Position numbers and translations under genes: made by a program. DNA of 64,000 nt from Pirellulales bacterium. Lineage in GTDB: Bacteria > Planctomycetota > Planctomycetia > Pirellulales > JACPPG01. The notes below the pieces were generated by a model, which had not been told where the DNA came from, did not search any database, and saw nothing but the letters and a program-made list of their open reading frames with translations. Of this stretch, positions 36,076 to 44,794 are shown piece after piece (within the stretch, counting starts at the first letter, position 1; the number at the start of each line of letters is the position of its first letter). The DNA lies in contig DASYDW010000010.1 of the NCBI GenBank assembly GCA_036499395.1, positions 11,668 through 75,667 on the forward strand, read 5' to 3'.

Positions 36076-36789
36076 TCAGCCGGCGGTTGCCGCTTGCGCG
36101 GGGATTAGCGACAAGCTGGCTTCGTGGACCGGTTCGGGATGCCACATCTTCAGGCCGCCAAAATAAGCGTTGTGGCTACCGCCGCGGCGGCAACCTTCTG
36201 GCAATTCGTTCAAGTGCTTGGCGTTCCCGCCTCCGAGCACTACATAATCAACCAGGAAAGCGGCCTTCAGCGTCGCGGCCGCTTCACACACAGCGCGGCG
36301 CCACGATTTTTCGCCGTGCAGTTCCAGCCCCTTGCGACTGAGATAATGCTCGAACGATTCGCCGCCGCAGAATTTCAAATGTCCCAGGGCCAACGGGGCG
36401 ATGTGCCCTTCGCCCATATAGACGCTTCCCATGCTGGTCCCCAGCCCTAGATACAACATGCGTCCTCCCTCGTAACTGCCGAGGGCCTGCATGCAGGCAT
36501 CATTCATGACGCGCGTCGGCGCGTTGAACGCCTTGGCAAAGTCGTAGCCCACCCAGCCCGGCCCGAGATTGTAGGGCTCGCTGGCGGGCAGCCCCTTCTC
36601 GACAGGCCCGGGGAAGCCCAACGACACGCGATCAACCGTCCGTCCGGCAAGATGCCTCTGGATCTCATCAACCATGCGATCCGGTGTGAGCGACTTGCCG
36701 GACGGGAATTTGATCTTGTCGGCCTCGCCCGTTATCCACAGCTTGACGTTGGTCCCACCGATATCCACCACCAGAACGTTGACTGCCAT
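36076..36789 (-). CDS. ROK-family sugar kinase (polyphosphate/ATP glucokinase-like)
   Basis: 'VLVVDIGGTNVKL', 'GFPGPV', 'NDACMQALG' and 'LGLGTSMG' ROK motifs. 237 aa. Confidence 0.8.
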   Translation of the reverse strand: MAVNVLVVDIGGTNVKLWITGEADKIKFPSGKSLTPDRMVDEIQRHLAGRTVDRVSLGFPGPVEKGLPASEPYNLGPGWVGYDFAKAFNAPTRVMNDACMQALGSYEGGRMLYLGLGTSMGSVYMGEGHIAPLALGHLKFCGGESFEHYLSRKGLELHGEKSWRRAVCEAAATLKAAFLVDYVVLGGGNAKHLNELPEGCRRGGSHNAYFGGLKMWHPEPVHEASLSLIPAQAATAG

Positions 36790-37014
36790 TATGGATCCCC
36801 CCCTTAAAGAGACTTGAAGACGACTTCAGAGTCTTCTGGCGAAGCGATTGCCTCGCGCGGCGACGCAACAAATGCGAAAGGCATGCCACGGTTCGGGGTG
36901 AAATGCGCAAAAGAGAACGTCGTGGGCGTTAAGGCGGAAAGGTATGGGAAGCGGTACGCTGCCGGCCACCGTGGCGGCGCAGCGACCATCCCCTTTTTGA
37001 GCCAGGTAGCCGAA

Positions 37015-38196
37015 TCAGGCAGATAGCCGACGATGCGGCGTTTTGAAGCGGATGCTTGAGCGGGGGATGGAGGGCCTTGTTTTCCGGCCCGGCTTCAGCT
37101 CGCGCTTCATGCGATCCTGCAGAAGCACCAGGACGATTGCCTCCTCGGGCTTCAAGTGAGCCAATCCACGCCGTAGCTCACGTTCTGTTTGACGCCGCAC
37201 GATGTCCATCAGCGACCGGTCCAAATAGGCGTCGATCACGGCAGGATGCACATAGCATTTGCGGCATACCGTCTTGGTATTACCTAACCGCTCTGCGACT
37301 CGTTCGATGGCTTGCGTGATGTTTCGCTTGGCCCGGGCGCCAGAATCGAAGTCCTCGAATTCCTGCAATGCCCGAGCGGCCAAGGCGGTACCGGCCCAGG
37401 TGCGGAAGTCCTTGGCACTGATATTCTCGCCCGAGATTTCGCGCAGGTAGTCGTTAACGTCGGCCGAACCGATGTCGCGCACCTGGCCATCTTCGTCAAG
37501 GTATTGAAACAGTTCCTGGCCGGGCAGATCCTGGCAACGCTTCACGATCCGGGCCAACCGGGGCGAACGCAGGTCGAGCGTGTGGTCGATGCCGCTTTTA
37601 CCGCGAAAATGAAACAGAATCTTGCCGCGATTGATGTCGACATGCCGGTCGCGCATGGTCGTCAGACCGAACGAATTATTTTGCTGGGCATACTCGTCGT
37701 TGCCGACGCGAATCAACGTCGATTCCAGCAATCGAACCACCGTGGCCAGCACCTTTTCGCGCGCGAGACCGGGCTGGCGCAGGTCACGATCGACGCGCCG
37801 CCGAATGCGCGGTAATACGCCGGCAAAGAGTAATAGCTTGTCGTACTTGCTCTCATCACGTGATTCGCGCCAGCGGGCGTGATAACGGTATTGCTTTCGC
37901 CCCTTGGCGTCGCGCCCCGTAGCCTGCAGATGCGCGTTCGCGACGGGGGCAATCCAGACATCGGTCCAAGCAGGCGGGATCGCGAGCGCTCGAATCCGCG
38001 CCAAGGTCTCGGCGTCACGGATCGACTTCCCGTCCGGGAAACGATATGTAAACGCGCGGCCTCGAGACTTCCGGCGAATGCCTGGAACGTTGTCAACAAG
38101 ATATTTCAGGCCGGCAGACTTCGCGCAATCGCGGGCGATGGATGCAGGGTCGCGCGGGGCGTCTGAAGGTCCTTTGGTAGCAGTTCCGTTACTCAT
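37015..38196 (-). CDS. DNA topoisomerase IB (poxvirus-like bacterial TopIB)
   Basis: ATG at 38196. 'IPPAWTDVWI', 'GRDAKGRKQYRYH', 'SAKDFRTWAGT' and 'CRKCYVHP' (active-site Tyr context). Confidence 0.85.
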   Translation of the reverse strand: MSNGTATKGPSDAPRDPASIARDCAKSAGLKYLVDNVPGIRRKSRGRAFTYRFPDGKSIRDAETLARIRALAIPPAWTDVWIAPVANAHLQATGRDAKGRKQYRYHARWRESRDESKYDKLLLFAGVLPRIRRRVDRDLRQPGLAREKVLATVVRLLESTLIRVGNDEYAQQNNSFGLTTMRDRHVDINRGKILFHFRGKSGIDHTLDLRSPRLARIVKRCQDLPGQELFQYLDEDGQVRDIGSADVNDYLREISGENISAKDFRTWAGTALAARALQEFEDFDSGARAKRNITQAIERVAERLGNTKTVCRKCYVHPAVIDAYLDRSLMDIVRRQTERELRRGLAHLKPEEAIVLVLLQDRMKRELKPGRKTRPSIPRSSIRFKTPHRRLSA

Positions 38197-38407
38197 GGGG
38201 TCAACCAGTTTCCCTAACTCCTGGCGCAGGAATAAGTAATTGATTTCCAGCTGTTTCGCTCCCCGACGCAAAAGACGTGCCTAAGAGGGCGCAGGTGAAT
38301 GCCGGCCATTGAATAACGCGGCTCGATGGCGCGCAATTTGCCCAAGTTGGACACGAGAGTGCCAACCGATCTTTAAGCGTCCAGGGCGATTGATGAGGAG
38401 GGGGACG

Positions 38408-38788
38408 ATGAAGTTTCTCATGTGCGCAGTACTCATGTTCGTCTCGTCCGACGACAAGCGGGGCGAAGACTACGCGTTCACCGGGCCCTGGAAAACCACC
38501 AATCGCAAGCTGGACGGAGTCATGAACTGCATTGCCACTCCCCTGGCGAATCAAAAATGGGAGGCGCGCTTCTCAGGAACATGGCAAGGAGTCGACTTTG
38601 ATCACAATGTGACGTTTCAAGGGCCGCCTGATGATCTGCGCGGCACGGCGATCGTCGACGGCGCGTCGTATCAATGGCGCGGGCGGATCGATGCCCAATC
38701 GTTTCGCGCAAATTTCACGGGCGACCGCTACGAAGGCTCTTTTGACTTAAAGAGGACGAGACTGCCCTTCGCCCAGGCAAAGCGTTAG
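38408..38788 (+). CDS. Small secreted hypothetical protein
   Basis: A strong GAGGAGGGGG Shine-Dalgarno sequence lies before the ATG at 38408. The N-terminus is hydrophobic. No motif recognised. Confidence 0.5.
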   Translation: MKFLMCAVLMFVSSDDKRGEDYAFTGPWKTTNRKLDGVMNCIATPLANQKWEARFSGTWQGVDFDHNVTFQGPPDDLRGTAIVDGASYQWRGRIDAQSFRANFTGDRYEGSFDLKRTRLPFAQAKR

Positions 38789-38850
38789 GATAATCGCGAC
38801 GTTAAGTTCTATTTCAAACAAGTATCCACATCTCCAGGGAGTATGAAGAA

Positions 38851-39309
38851 ATGTCCAACGATAAGTCCGCTGTCCGCCAAAAGCTGATCGCTGCGTTGAA
38901 TGAAGATCTGTCGCGCGAGTATCAGGCGATCATTGCGTATGTGAACTACAGCCAGGTGCTGAAAGGCGCAGCGTACATGAGCATCGCCAAGGAGTTGGAG
39001 AAGCACGCCGGCGAAGAACTAGCCCACGCGATACAGATTGCAAATCAAATCGACTACTTGGGCGGATCGCCCACGGTCACGCCGAAGGCAGTAAAAACCT
39101 CGAAAGAAGCCAAAGAGATGCTGCAATTTGACCTGGACAACGAGTTGCAGACGATTGCCAACTACCGCAATCGAATTCGCGAGGCCGACGCTCTGGAAGA
39201 GTACGCCCTGTGTGAAGTACTGCGGCAGATTCTTGTCCAGGAACAAGAGCACGCCATCGATCTGGCCACGGCGCTGGGCATCGACGTTCCACCGATTCCG
39301 GCAGTGTGA
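38851..39309 (+). CDS. Ferritin-like (bacterioferritin/Dps-fold) di-iron protein
   Basis: 152 aa, four-helix pattern with two ExxH motifs ('EELAHA', 'EQEHAI') and 'EYQAIIAY'. Confidence 0.8.
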   Translation: MSNDKSAVRQKLIAALNEDLSREYQAIIAYVNYSQVLKGAAYMSIAKELEKHAGEELAHAIQIANQIDYLGGSPTVTPKAVKTSKEAKEMLQFDLDNELQTIANYRNRIREADALEEYALCEVLRQILVQEQEHAIDLATALGIDVPPIPAV

Positions 39310-39331
39310 CTCGCCGCGGAATGGTCCATTT

Positions 39332-40540
39332 TCAGAGATTGTCGACGATCGAGCGCAACTTCGACGAGGCAATGTCGGCCGGTGCCCGGAAGACGTCCAT
39401 TTCGGGTTCGCCCGGTTTGTGCGGTCGCAGCCACCAGTGCTGCGTCTGGCGAAACGGCCGATCGAGCAATCCATGCAAGTGGATGAAAACGTTCCGACGC
39501 TGGCGACGGCAACCAAGCCGTAGCTTGAAGCGATCGGAATCCGAGCCCATGAAAACGCTCTGCACACGGCGCTGCATGGCGTACCGCAGGTTTTGATAAA
39601 ACAGGTTGAAGTACAGATCTGTTGCCTGGTTTTCGGCGTTGAGTTTGGCAGCATAATTCAACCCGATAAACAGGCCGTAATAAGCCGCCGGGGTGACGAT
39701 GCCAACAGCGAATCCAACCGGTCGTTCGCCTTGATAAAGAAACGTCGACAGAAACTGCTGATCGAAGCGTCGCGCCACGGCGCGAAAGTATTCTAGAGGG
39801 AGCACGTGCATCATGACTTCCGCGCGACGGACAACTTGCACATAGAGTTGGTACAGTTCGTCGTCGAACACGTCGAGAAACGGTGCAGCGCCAGTAGCGT
39901 GGATCACGCGGACACCGGATTTCGCGAATCTGCGCTCGGATCCTGCAATCACTCGACGATAGTGAGATTTCATCGTGCCGAGGTATTCCATGAACGTGCG
40001 CCCTTCGGCGGGCAGCACATACATTGGAGGGCTGTCAGCGCGTGCATAGCCCAATTCGGAGAGCCCCGCCAATTCCTCGGCCTGCCGGTCATTGAATTCC
40101 ATAAACACTGTGGCGCGAGGCCGCACGTCGCGACGCAGGCTCTCTTGGGCACGATGAACGGCCGATAGGGCCCCGCGCACGTCCGCCCCGGGGCGCACTC
40201 GCAATTGGTTCCAGCCTGCCGAGGCCGGAAGCCCGCAAAACAGCATGGGGAATCGCAGGAAGTTCCCCCGCACGCGCCGCACGACGTTCGCCAGTCGACG
40301 TACCGGCTGCGGAGCCATCATCAGGGCGTCGGCACGTTCGACAAAGAAGCAGGCCACGGCGGCGGGCCGATCTTCTTCGTCATAGACGATGACGTTCTGA
40401 AAGTGGCACAAGTGGCCCATGCTCTCCTGCACCGCCACAATCATGCGCGGATCGATGAAGGGATCGTCGAACTCGCCACTGACGACTTCCCAGTCGTAGG
40501 CGAGTTCTTTGGTCAATTGTGGGGCAATCGTGTACCGCAT
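39332..40540 (-). CDS. GNAT-superfamily acyltransferase, FemAB/CelD-like (Acetyltransf_6-type)
   Basis: ATG at 40540. About 400 aa. The C-terminal half ('FLYQGERPVGFAVGIV...LYFNLFYQNLRYA') resembles BioF2-like/CelD GNAT domains. Confidence 0.65.
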   Translation of the reverse strand: MRYTIAPQLTKELAYDWEVVSGEFDDPFIDPRMIVAVQESMGHLCHFQNVIVYDEEDRPAAVACFFVERADALMMAPQPVRRLANVVRRVRGNFLRFPMLFCGLPASAGWNQLRVRPGADVRGALSAVHRAQESLRRDVRPRATVFMEFNDRQAEELAGLSELGYARADSPPMYVLPAEGRTFMEYLGTMKSHYRRVIAGSERRFAKSGVRVIHATGAAPFLDVFDDELYQLYVQVVRRAEVMMHVLPLEYFRAVARRFDQQFLSTFLYQGERPVGFAVGIVTPAAYYGLFIGLNYAAKLNAENQATDLYFNLFYQNLRYAMQRRVQSVFMGSDSDRFKLRLGCRRQRRNVFIHLHGLLDRPFRQTQHWWLRPHKPGEPEMDVFRAPADIASSKLRSIVDNL

Positions 40541-40676
40541 AATGCCATCTACGAGGATACGAAGCGGTAGGCGACGTATCTCGGTGCTGATGCGATGCCG
40601 ATCCTGCCCGATCGACAACAAGATCACTATTCTTGTTTACGACTCGCGTACGCGAACAGATTCGAATTCAATTCTG

Positions 40677-41735
40677 TTACCGCCAGTGAATGTGCAGCCG
40701 GCGGGCTTTGTCCAAGGGGAATGATGTGTCCATCTTCACGCAAATCAGGCTGAAATCGCGCGGCATCGTGATCCAGCCCGTTTGTGCCAGAGGCATGAAC
40801 GGATAGCAGGGAAGCCGCAGCGCCAGGGCGAATTTCGCCCCTTCTTCGACCATCTGATCCAAGGCGGCGCGGATTAAATCCTTGCTCTCGGCCAAGGACA
40901 TCGAGCCGAACGCCATCAGGTCGACCATGGCACCCGGCAGGGCGTAACGCCCCAGGAAGTCCAACAAGTACCAATTCACGAAGCCCGTGACGCGACCGTT
41001 GCGTTCAGCCACGAGCGTGCGCGGCATGTCGCTGCCCGACAGTTGATGCGCCAGGCGTTCGGCACTCCACACGTAGCCCATGTCGACGCGGTTCAGCAAA
41101 CCATGGGCGAGCCGCAGACAATCCTCCAAATCCTCAGGGCGATAGCGCCGATAGACGCCCGTCAGGCGCGGTCGCGGATGCCGAGTTTGAAAGGCACCCA
41201 GGATTCGCGATCCGAGCCGATCGCGCAGCGTCAGATCCCAACGCGAGACAAGCGGCGGATCGAACATCCGCGCCCAAAAACCGACGTGCCCCAGCAAGAC
41301 CGTGTTGTCGGGAAAGCTCTTCCAGAACTTCGGCCCCATGCTCATTCGCGCGCCGGTATACCCGTAACCAAGATGGAACTTGGCGTCGTGCTCCAGGTGC
41401 CGGCGCCGCTGCTCTTCGAAGAGCTTGATGCCGACTCCCTGCCGGCGATATTCGGGATCCACCGTCAGCCAGCTTCCCATCGTGGCGTCGAATTCTTGGT
41501 CGTGCAGGCGAAAGCGGAACTTCTCCCCCAGCAAGCTGCCGACCAGTTTCGTGCCTTCATACGCGGCCACGAGAAAGTCGCGTCCGCCAGGCCGCTCGGA
41601 AAGCAATTGCCAATCGAAATAGCGAGCGTCCCACAGCGGCAACATCATCTTGCCGGCGTAGGTGCCTTGCCAGACGCGGCCGGCGAAATCAGCGACCTGG
41701 GCAGCGTCCCCTTCGTAAGTGCGAGTTTCAATCAT
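40677..41735 (-). CDS. GNAT-family N-acyltransferase (two GNAT-like halves)
   Basis: ATG at 41735. 'LTVDPEYRRQGVGIKLFEE' is the acetyl-CoA-binding Q/R-x-x-G-x-G/A motif. A second GNAT-like half follows. Confidence 0.7.
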   Translation of the reverse strand: MIETRTYEGDAAQVADFAGRVWQGTYAGKMMLPLWDARYFDWQLLSERPGGRDFLVAAYEGTKLVGSLLGEKFRFRLHDQEFDATMGSWLTVDPEYRRQGVGIKLFEEQRRRHLEHDAKFHLGYGYTGARMSMGPKFWKSFPDNTVLLGHVGFWARMFDPPLVSRWDLTLRDRLGSRILGAFQTRHPRPRLTGVYRRYRPEDLEDCLRLAHGLLNRVDMGYVWSAERLAHQLSGSDMPRTLVAERNGRVTGFVNWYLLDFLGRYALPGAMVDLMAFGSMSLAESKDLIRAALDQMVEEGAKFALALRLPCYPFMPLAQTGWITMPRDFSLICVKMDTSFPLDKARRLHIHWR

Positions 41736-41924
41736 CGATGCGGAGGGAACAAATGGTGGGCATGTCGCAGCCGTCGAGGGCCGCCTGAAGCTATCAAGTC
41801 TAGTCTGGCGAGCGGCCGAAAACCTGTAAGATCCGGCCCGTTTTCTCGGCATTTCCGATGTCCGCGGGCGCCGGCCCAGGCGTGTCGATATTCCCTAATT
41901 CCAGGCCCCCGTATAATTTCCGGC

Positions 41925-42593
41925 ATGACTGAAAAATCCGAGGACGATCGGCGGCAAGTCGTGGTGTTTTCCGACGCGCGGCCGGCGCTGGTGAACCTGG
42001 TTTACAACCGGCTGGCCGAAGCCGGCATCGAGGCGTTCGTCGATAACGCGTTTCTGGGGCAAGCGGCGGGCGATCTCCCGGCCGGCGCGATCATGCCCCG
42101 CGTGATCGTGGCCGAAGTCGATGCGGAACAAGCGCGTCAGGTCGTGGCCGAGTTCCGAGGCGAGTCACGCGCGGCGCTGGTCATCGCGGCAGCGCGCAGC
42201 GCCGGCGCGGCGATTGCCACGACGCCCGCAGCCGATGATGAGGCCGAATTCGCCGGCCGCGAGATCGAGCTTTGCCCCGCGTGCGGCCGAGGGCGAATGA
42301 CGATCTGCCCGTATTGCAACACGGCCAGCGATGCGTTTCCCGCGGCCGACGATCCCGTGCCGCGCGGCGCGCAGGGCGAAGCGGCCCTCGTCATTTGCCA
42401 GACCTGCGACGAGCCCTTTACGCCCATCTACTATCGGCGCTGCGCCTGGTGCGGACACGACTTCGGCGCCGGGCGCGAGAACGAGCCGCCCGAATCGGTC
42501 GAATACCTGAACGATCGCGTGACGATCGCGATGCTGGGGCTGGGATTGGTGTTGCTGGCGATCCTGGCGTATTTCAGCTCGCTGACCAAATAA
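41925..42593 (+). CDS. DUF2007-like domain + double zinc-ribbon + C-terminal TM anchor protein
   Basis: ATG at 41925 is in frame with track ORF 41043..42593. The N-terminal 'VVVFSDARPALVNLVYNRLAEAGIEAFV' is DUF2007-like. Zinc-ribbon cysteine pairs are CPACG...CPYC and CQTC...CAWC. The C-terminal TM is 'IAMLGLGLVLLAILAYF'. Confidence 0.65.
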   Translation: MTEKSEDDRRQVVVFSDARPALVNLVYNRLAEAGIEAFVDNAFLGQAAGDLPAGAIMPRVIVAEVDAEQARQVVAEFRGESRAALVIAAARSAGAAIATTPAADDEAEFAGREIELCPACGRGRMTICPYCNTASDAFPAADDPVPRGAQGEAALVICQTCDEPFTPIYYRRCAWCGHDFGAGRENEPPESVEYLNDRVTIAMLGLGLVLLAILAYFSSLTK

Positions 42594-42620
42594 AAAAACG
42601 GCCGGTTGCCCGGCCGTTTT
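42594..42620. terminator. Bidirectional intrinsic terminator (convergent with fliA)
   Basis: AAAAA-CGGCCGG-ttgc-CCGGCCG-TTTT, immediately after the stop at 42593. Confidence 0.7.
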
Positions 42621-42675
42621 GCGAGTTCGCGGTTTGATGCATGCCGGGCCAAGATGGCTTGGCATGCAATCTGGC

Positions 42676-43458
42676 TTAGGTACTGAACTCGGGGCGGCGC
42701 CGCTCGAGTTGGCTTTGCAAACGCTGCACAATCGAGCTGTGCATCTGGCTGACGCGGCTCTCAGAGAGATCAAGCGTGGCGCCGATCTCTTTCATCGTCA
42801 GCTCTTCGTAGTAGTAGAGGATGATGATCAGCCGCTCGTTGCGATTCAGGCCCTTGGTCACCAAACGCATGAGATCGTTTTTCTGGATGCGGCGCGTGGG
42901 GTCTTCCCCCTTCTTGTCTTCCAGAATGTCGATTTCGCGTACGTCTTTGTAGCTGTCAGTCTCGTACCATTTCTTATTGAGGCTGATCAGGTTCACGGCG
43001 CTGGCGTCGAGCATCATCTTTTCGAGCTCGGCGACGCTGATCTGCAACTGTTCCGAGAGTTCGATCTCGGACGGCTGCCGGCCAAGTCTGGTTTCGAGCG
43101 ATTTGACCGCTTCGTTCAGCTTGCTGGCCTTCGAGCGTACCAGGCGCGGCACCCAGTCCATGGTGCGCAGTTCGTCGAGCATGGCGCCGCGAATACGCGG
43201 CACGCAGTACGTTTCGAATTTGACGCCACGCGAAAGATCGAAGGCGTCGATGGCGTCCATCAGCCCGAAAACGCCGGCCGATACCAGGTCGTCCAGTTCG
43301 ACCCCTTCAGGCAAACGCGACCAGATGCGTTCGCCGTTGTATTTCACCAGCGGCAGGTACATCTCGACCAGCCGGTTGCGCATATCCTGGTTATTGGGAT
43401 CTGCCTTGAAGGCCTCCCAGATTTGGGCCACTTCCTCAGGAGCCATCGTCATTACCAT
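42676..43458 (-). CDS. fliA: Flagellar sigma factor FliA (sigma-28, FliA/WhiG family)
   Basis: A GGAGG Shine-Dalgarno sequence lies upstream. Regions 2, 3 and 4 are recognisable: 'LVEMYLPLVKY', 'DLVSAGVFGLMDAIDAFD' and 'LTMKEIGATLDLSESRVSQMH'. Confidence 0.9.
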   Translation of the reverse strand: MVMTMAPEEVAQIWEAFKADPNNQDMRNRLVEMYLPLVKYNGERIWSRLPEGVELDDLVSAGVFGLMDAIDAFDLSRGVKFETYCVPRIRGAMLDELRTMDWVPRLVRSKASKLNEAVKSLETRLGRQPSEIELSEQLQISVAELEKMMLDASAVNLISLNKKWYETDSYKDVREIDILEDKKGEDPTRRIQKNDLMRLVTKGLNRNERLIIILYYYEELTMKEIGATLDLSESRVSQMHSSIVQRLQSQLERRRPEFST

Positions 43459-43872
43459 GCCATCCTCCGTGAATCAGCCAGGCGACGTTCGGTTCGGCGC
43501 TTCATCCCGCGATCGCATTGCCAGGCATGCGTTCGTACGAGACGAGCGGCGAGCCGGACGACGCCATTGCCACGAGCCAGTCGCATCCGTGCGACGCGCT
43601 TCGTGGACTTTCCGATTTTTCCTCGCGGCAACTCTCGGCGTGTCAGTCGGCAGTCTTTCGGGCTTGAGCCAGAAGGGGCTGTCGTCTTGCCGTTAAAGTC
43701 GCAGCAACTTTTCCATTTCCGCTAAACGGAATAAAGCGAAACTCGCTCCATTTATCGTCAGTCGAGGTCGTATCAGTTGAAGCAATCTCGCTCGGTCGTC
43801 TTACTTTTTTCGTTGGCTATCGTTCGTCGTAGCGTGGGCCGCCGATGGCGAACCGGTGTCGATATCTACATC

Positions 43873-44766
43873 TCAACGGACGGCAACCGCCGAAGCGGCG
43901 CCGCGTTCGACAACGCGTGTTATTGATTCGCCGCGTCGCGCGATGTGGGCCGTTAATCGACTGACGACGCCTGCCAGTTCTTGGGACGCCGCGCAATCGG
44001 GTGCATGCACGACGAAGGGGCGTGTCTTTGCAGCCGCATCGGGCACCGCCGAATCAAATGACAGCGAACCAAGCATGCTGGTATCGACGCATAAAAATCG
44101 CCGACACGCACGTTGCAATCGTGTGTGAGCGTCCTGGGCTGTCTGCGAGTCGGCCGCCTGGTTCACGAGCGTCACAATCCGGATCGAATGCGAATCATGG
44201 CAGTGGGCTTTAACGGCCGCGTAGGCGTCCATCACAGCAATGCTATCGGTGCTAGTCACGAGCACGACTTCATCGACCGCGCGCCAAAAGAAGCGTGTGA
44301 CCGGTTCGATCGAAGCGCCCAGGTCGAGCAGCACGGTATCCGCGTGCTGTCCCAATTCACGCAATTCGCACACAAGACGGTCCTGCGCTCGAGGCGACCA
44401 AACCGCCGCGGCTTGTACTCCCCAGCGACCTGGTAAGACTTGAATGCCGCCAGGACCTAGACGGATGGCCTCGTGCAGCGAACGCGCGCCCGATAAGACG
44501 TCAGCCAGGCAGGGCCCCTCGGTCAAGCCGCATTGCACGGCGACGTCCGCACGTTGCGGATCGGCATCAACCAGCAATGTGCGTCGTCCCTCTTGCGCCA
44601 GGGCAACCGCCAGGTTGACAGCCAGTGTCGTCGTGCCGACCCCGCCCTTGGCGCCCGCAATTGCCAACAGCGTCGGCGCAGCATGGCCGGCCGTCGCGCC
44701 GGGGCGCGTGCCTGCGTGCATCAGCGTTCGTAGTCGGAATGCTTGATCGGACATGATTCGGAACAC
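43873..44766 (-). CDS. flhG: MinD/ParA-family ATPase FlhG (YlxH-like) with atypical Walker A
   Basis: It lies between flhF and fliA. 'IAGAKGGVGTTTLAVNLAVALA' and 'LLVDAD' are present. Note that the P-loop Lys is replaced by Thr. Confidence 0.8.
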   Translation of the reverse strand: MFRIMSDQAFRLRTLMHAGTRPGATAGHAAPTLLAIAGAKGGVGTTTLAVNLAVALAQEGRRTLLVDADPQRADVAVQCGLTEGPCLADVLSGARSLHEAIRLGPGGIQVLPGRWGVQAAAVWSPRAQDRLVCELRELGQHADTVLLDLGASIEPVTRFFWRAVDEVVLVTSTDSIAVMDAYAAVKAHCHDSHSIRIVTLVNQAADSQTAQDAHTRLQRACRRFLCVDTSMLGSLSFDSAVPDAAAKTRPFVVHAPDCAASQELAGVVSRLTAHIARRGESITRVVERGAASAVAVR

Positions 44767-44794
44767 CCGGGATTAGATTCTCGGCCGCCGTGGC

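Noticed and set aside
38789-38850. Possible Fur box upstream of the ferritin-like gene (GATAAT at 38789..38794)
   Set aside because: There is only a single hexamer in an AT-rich leader, with no 19-bp palindrome matching GATAATGATAATCATTATC.
41043-41924. N-terminal 294 codons of track ORF 41043..42593
   Set aside because: It is antisense to the GNAT gene 40677..41735. The real gene begins at ATG 41925, where the DUF2007-like domain starts.
42619-43725. 368-aa plus-strand ORF
   Set aside because: It is antisense to fliA and opens with TTG inside the terminator.
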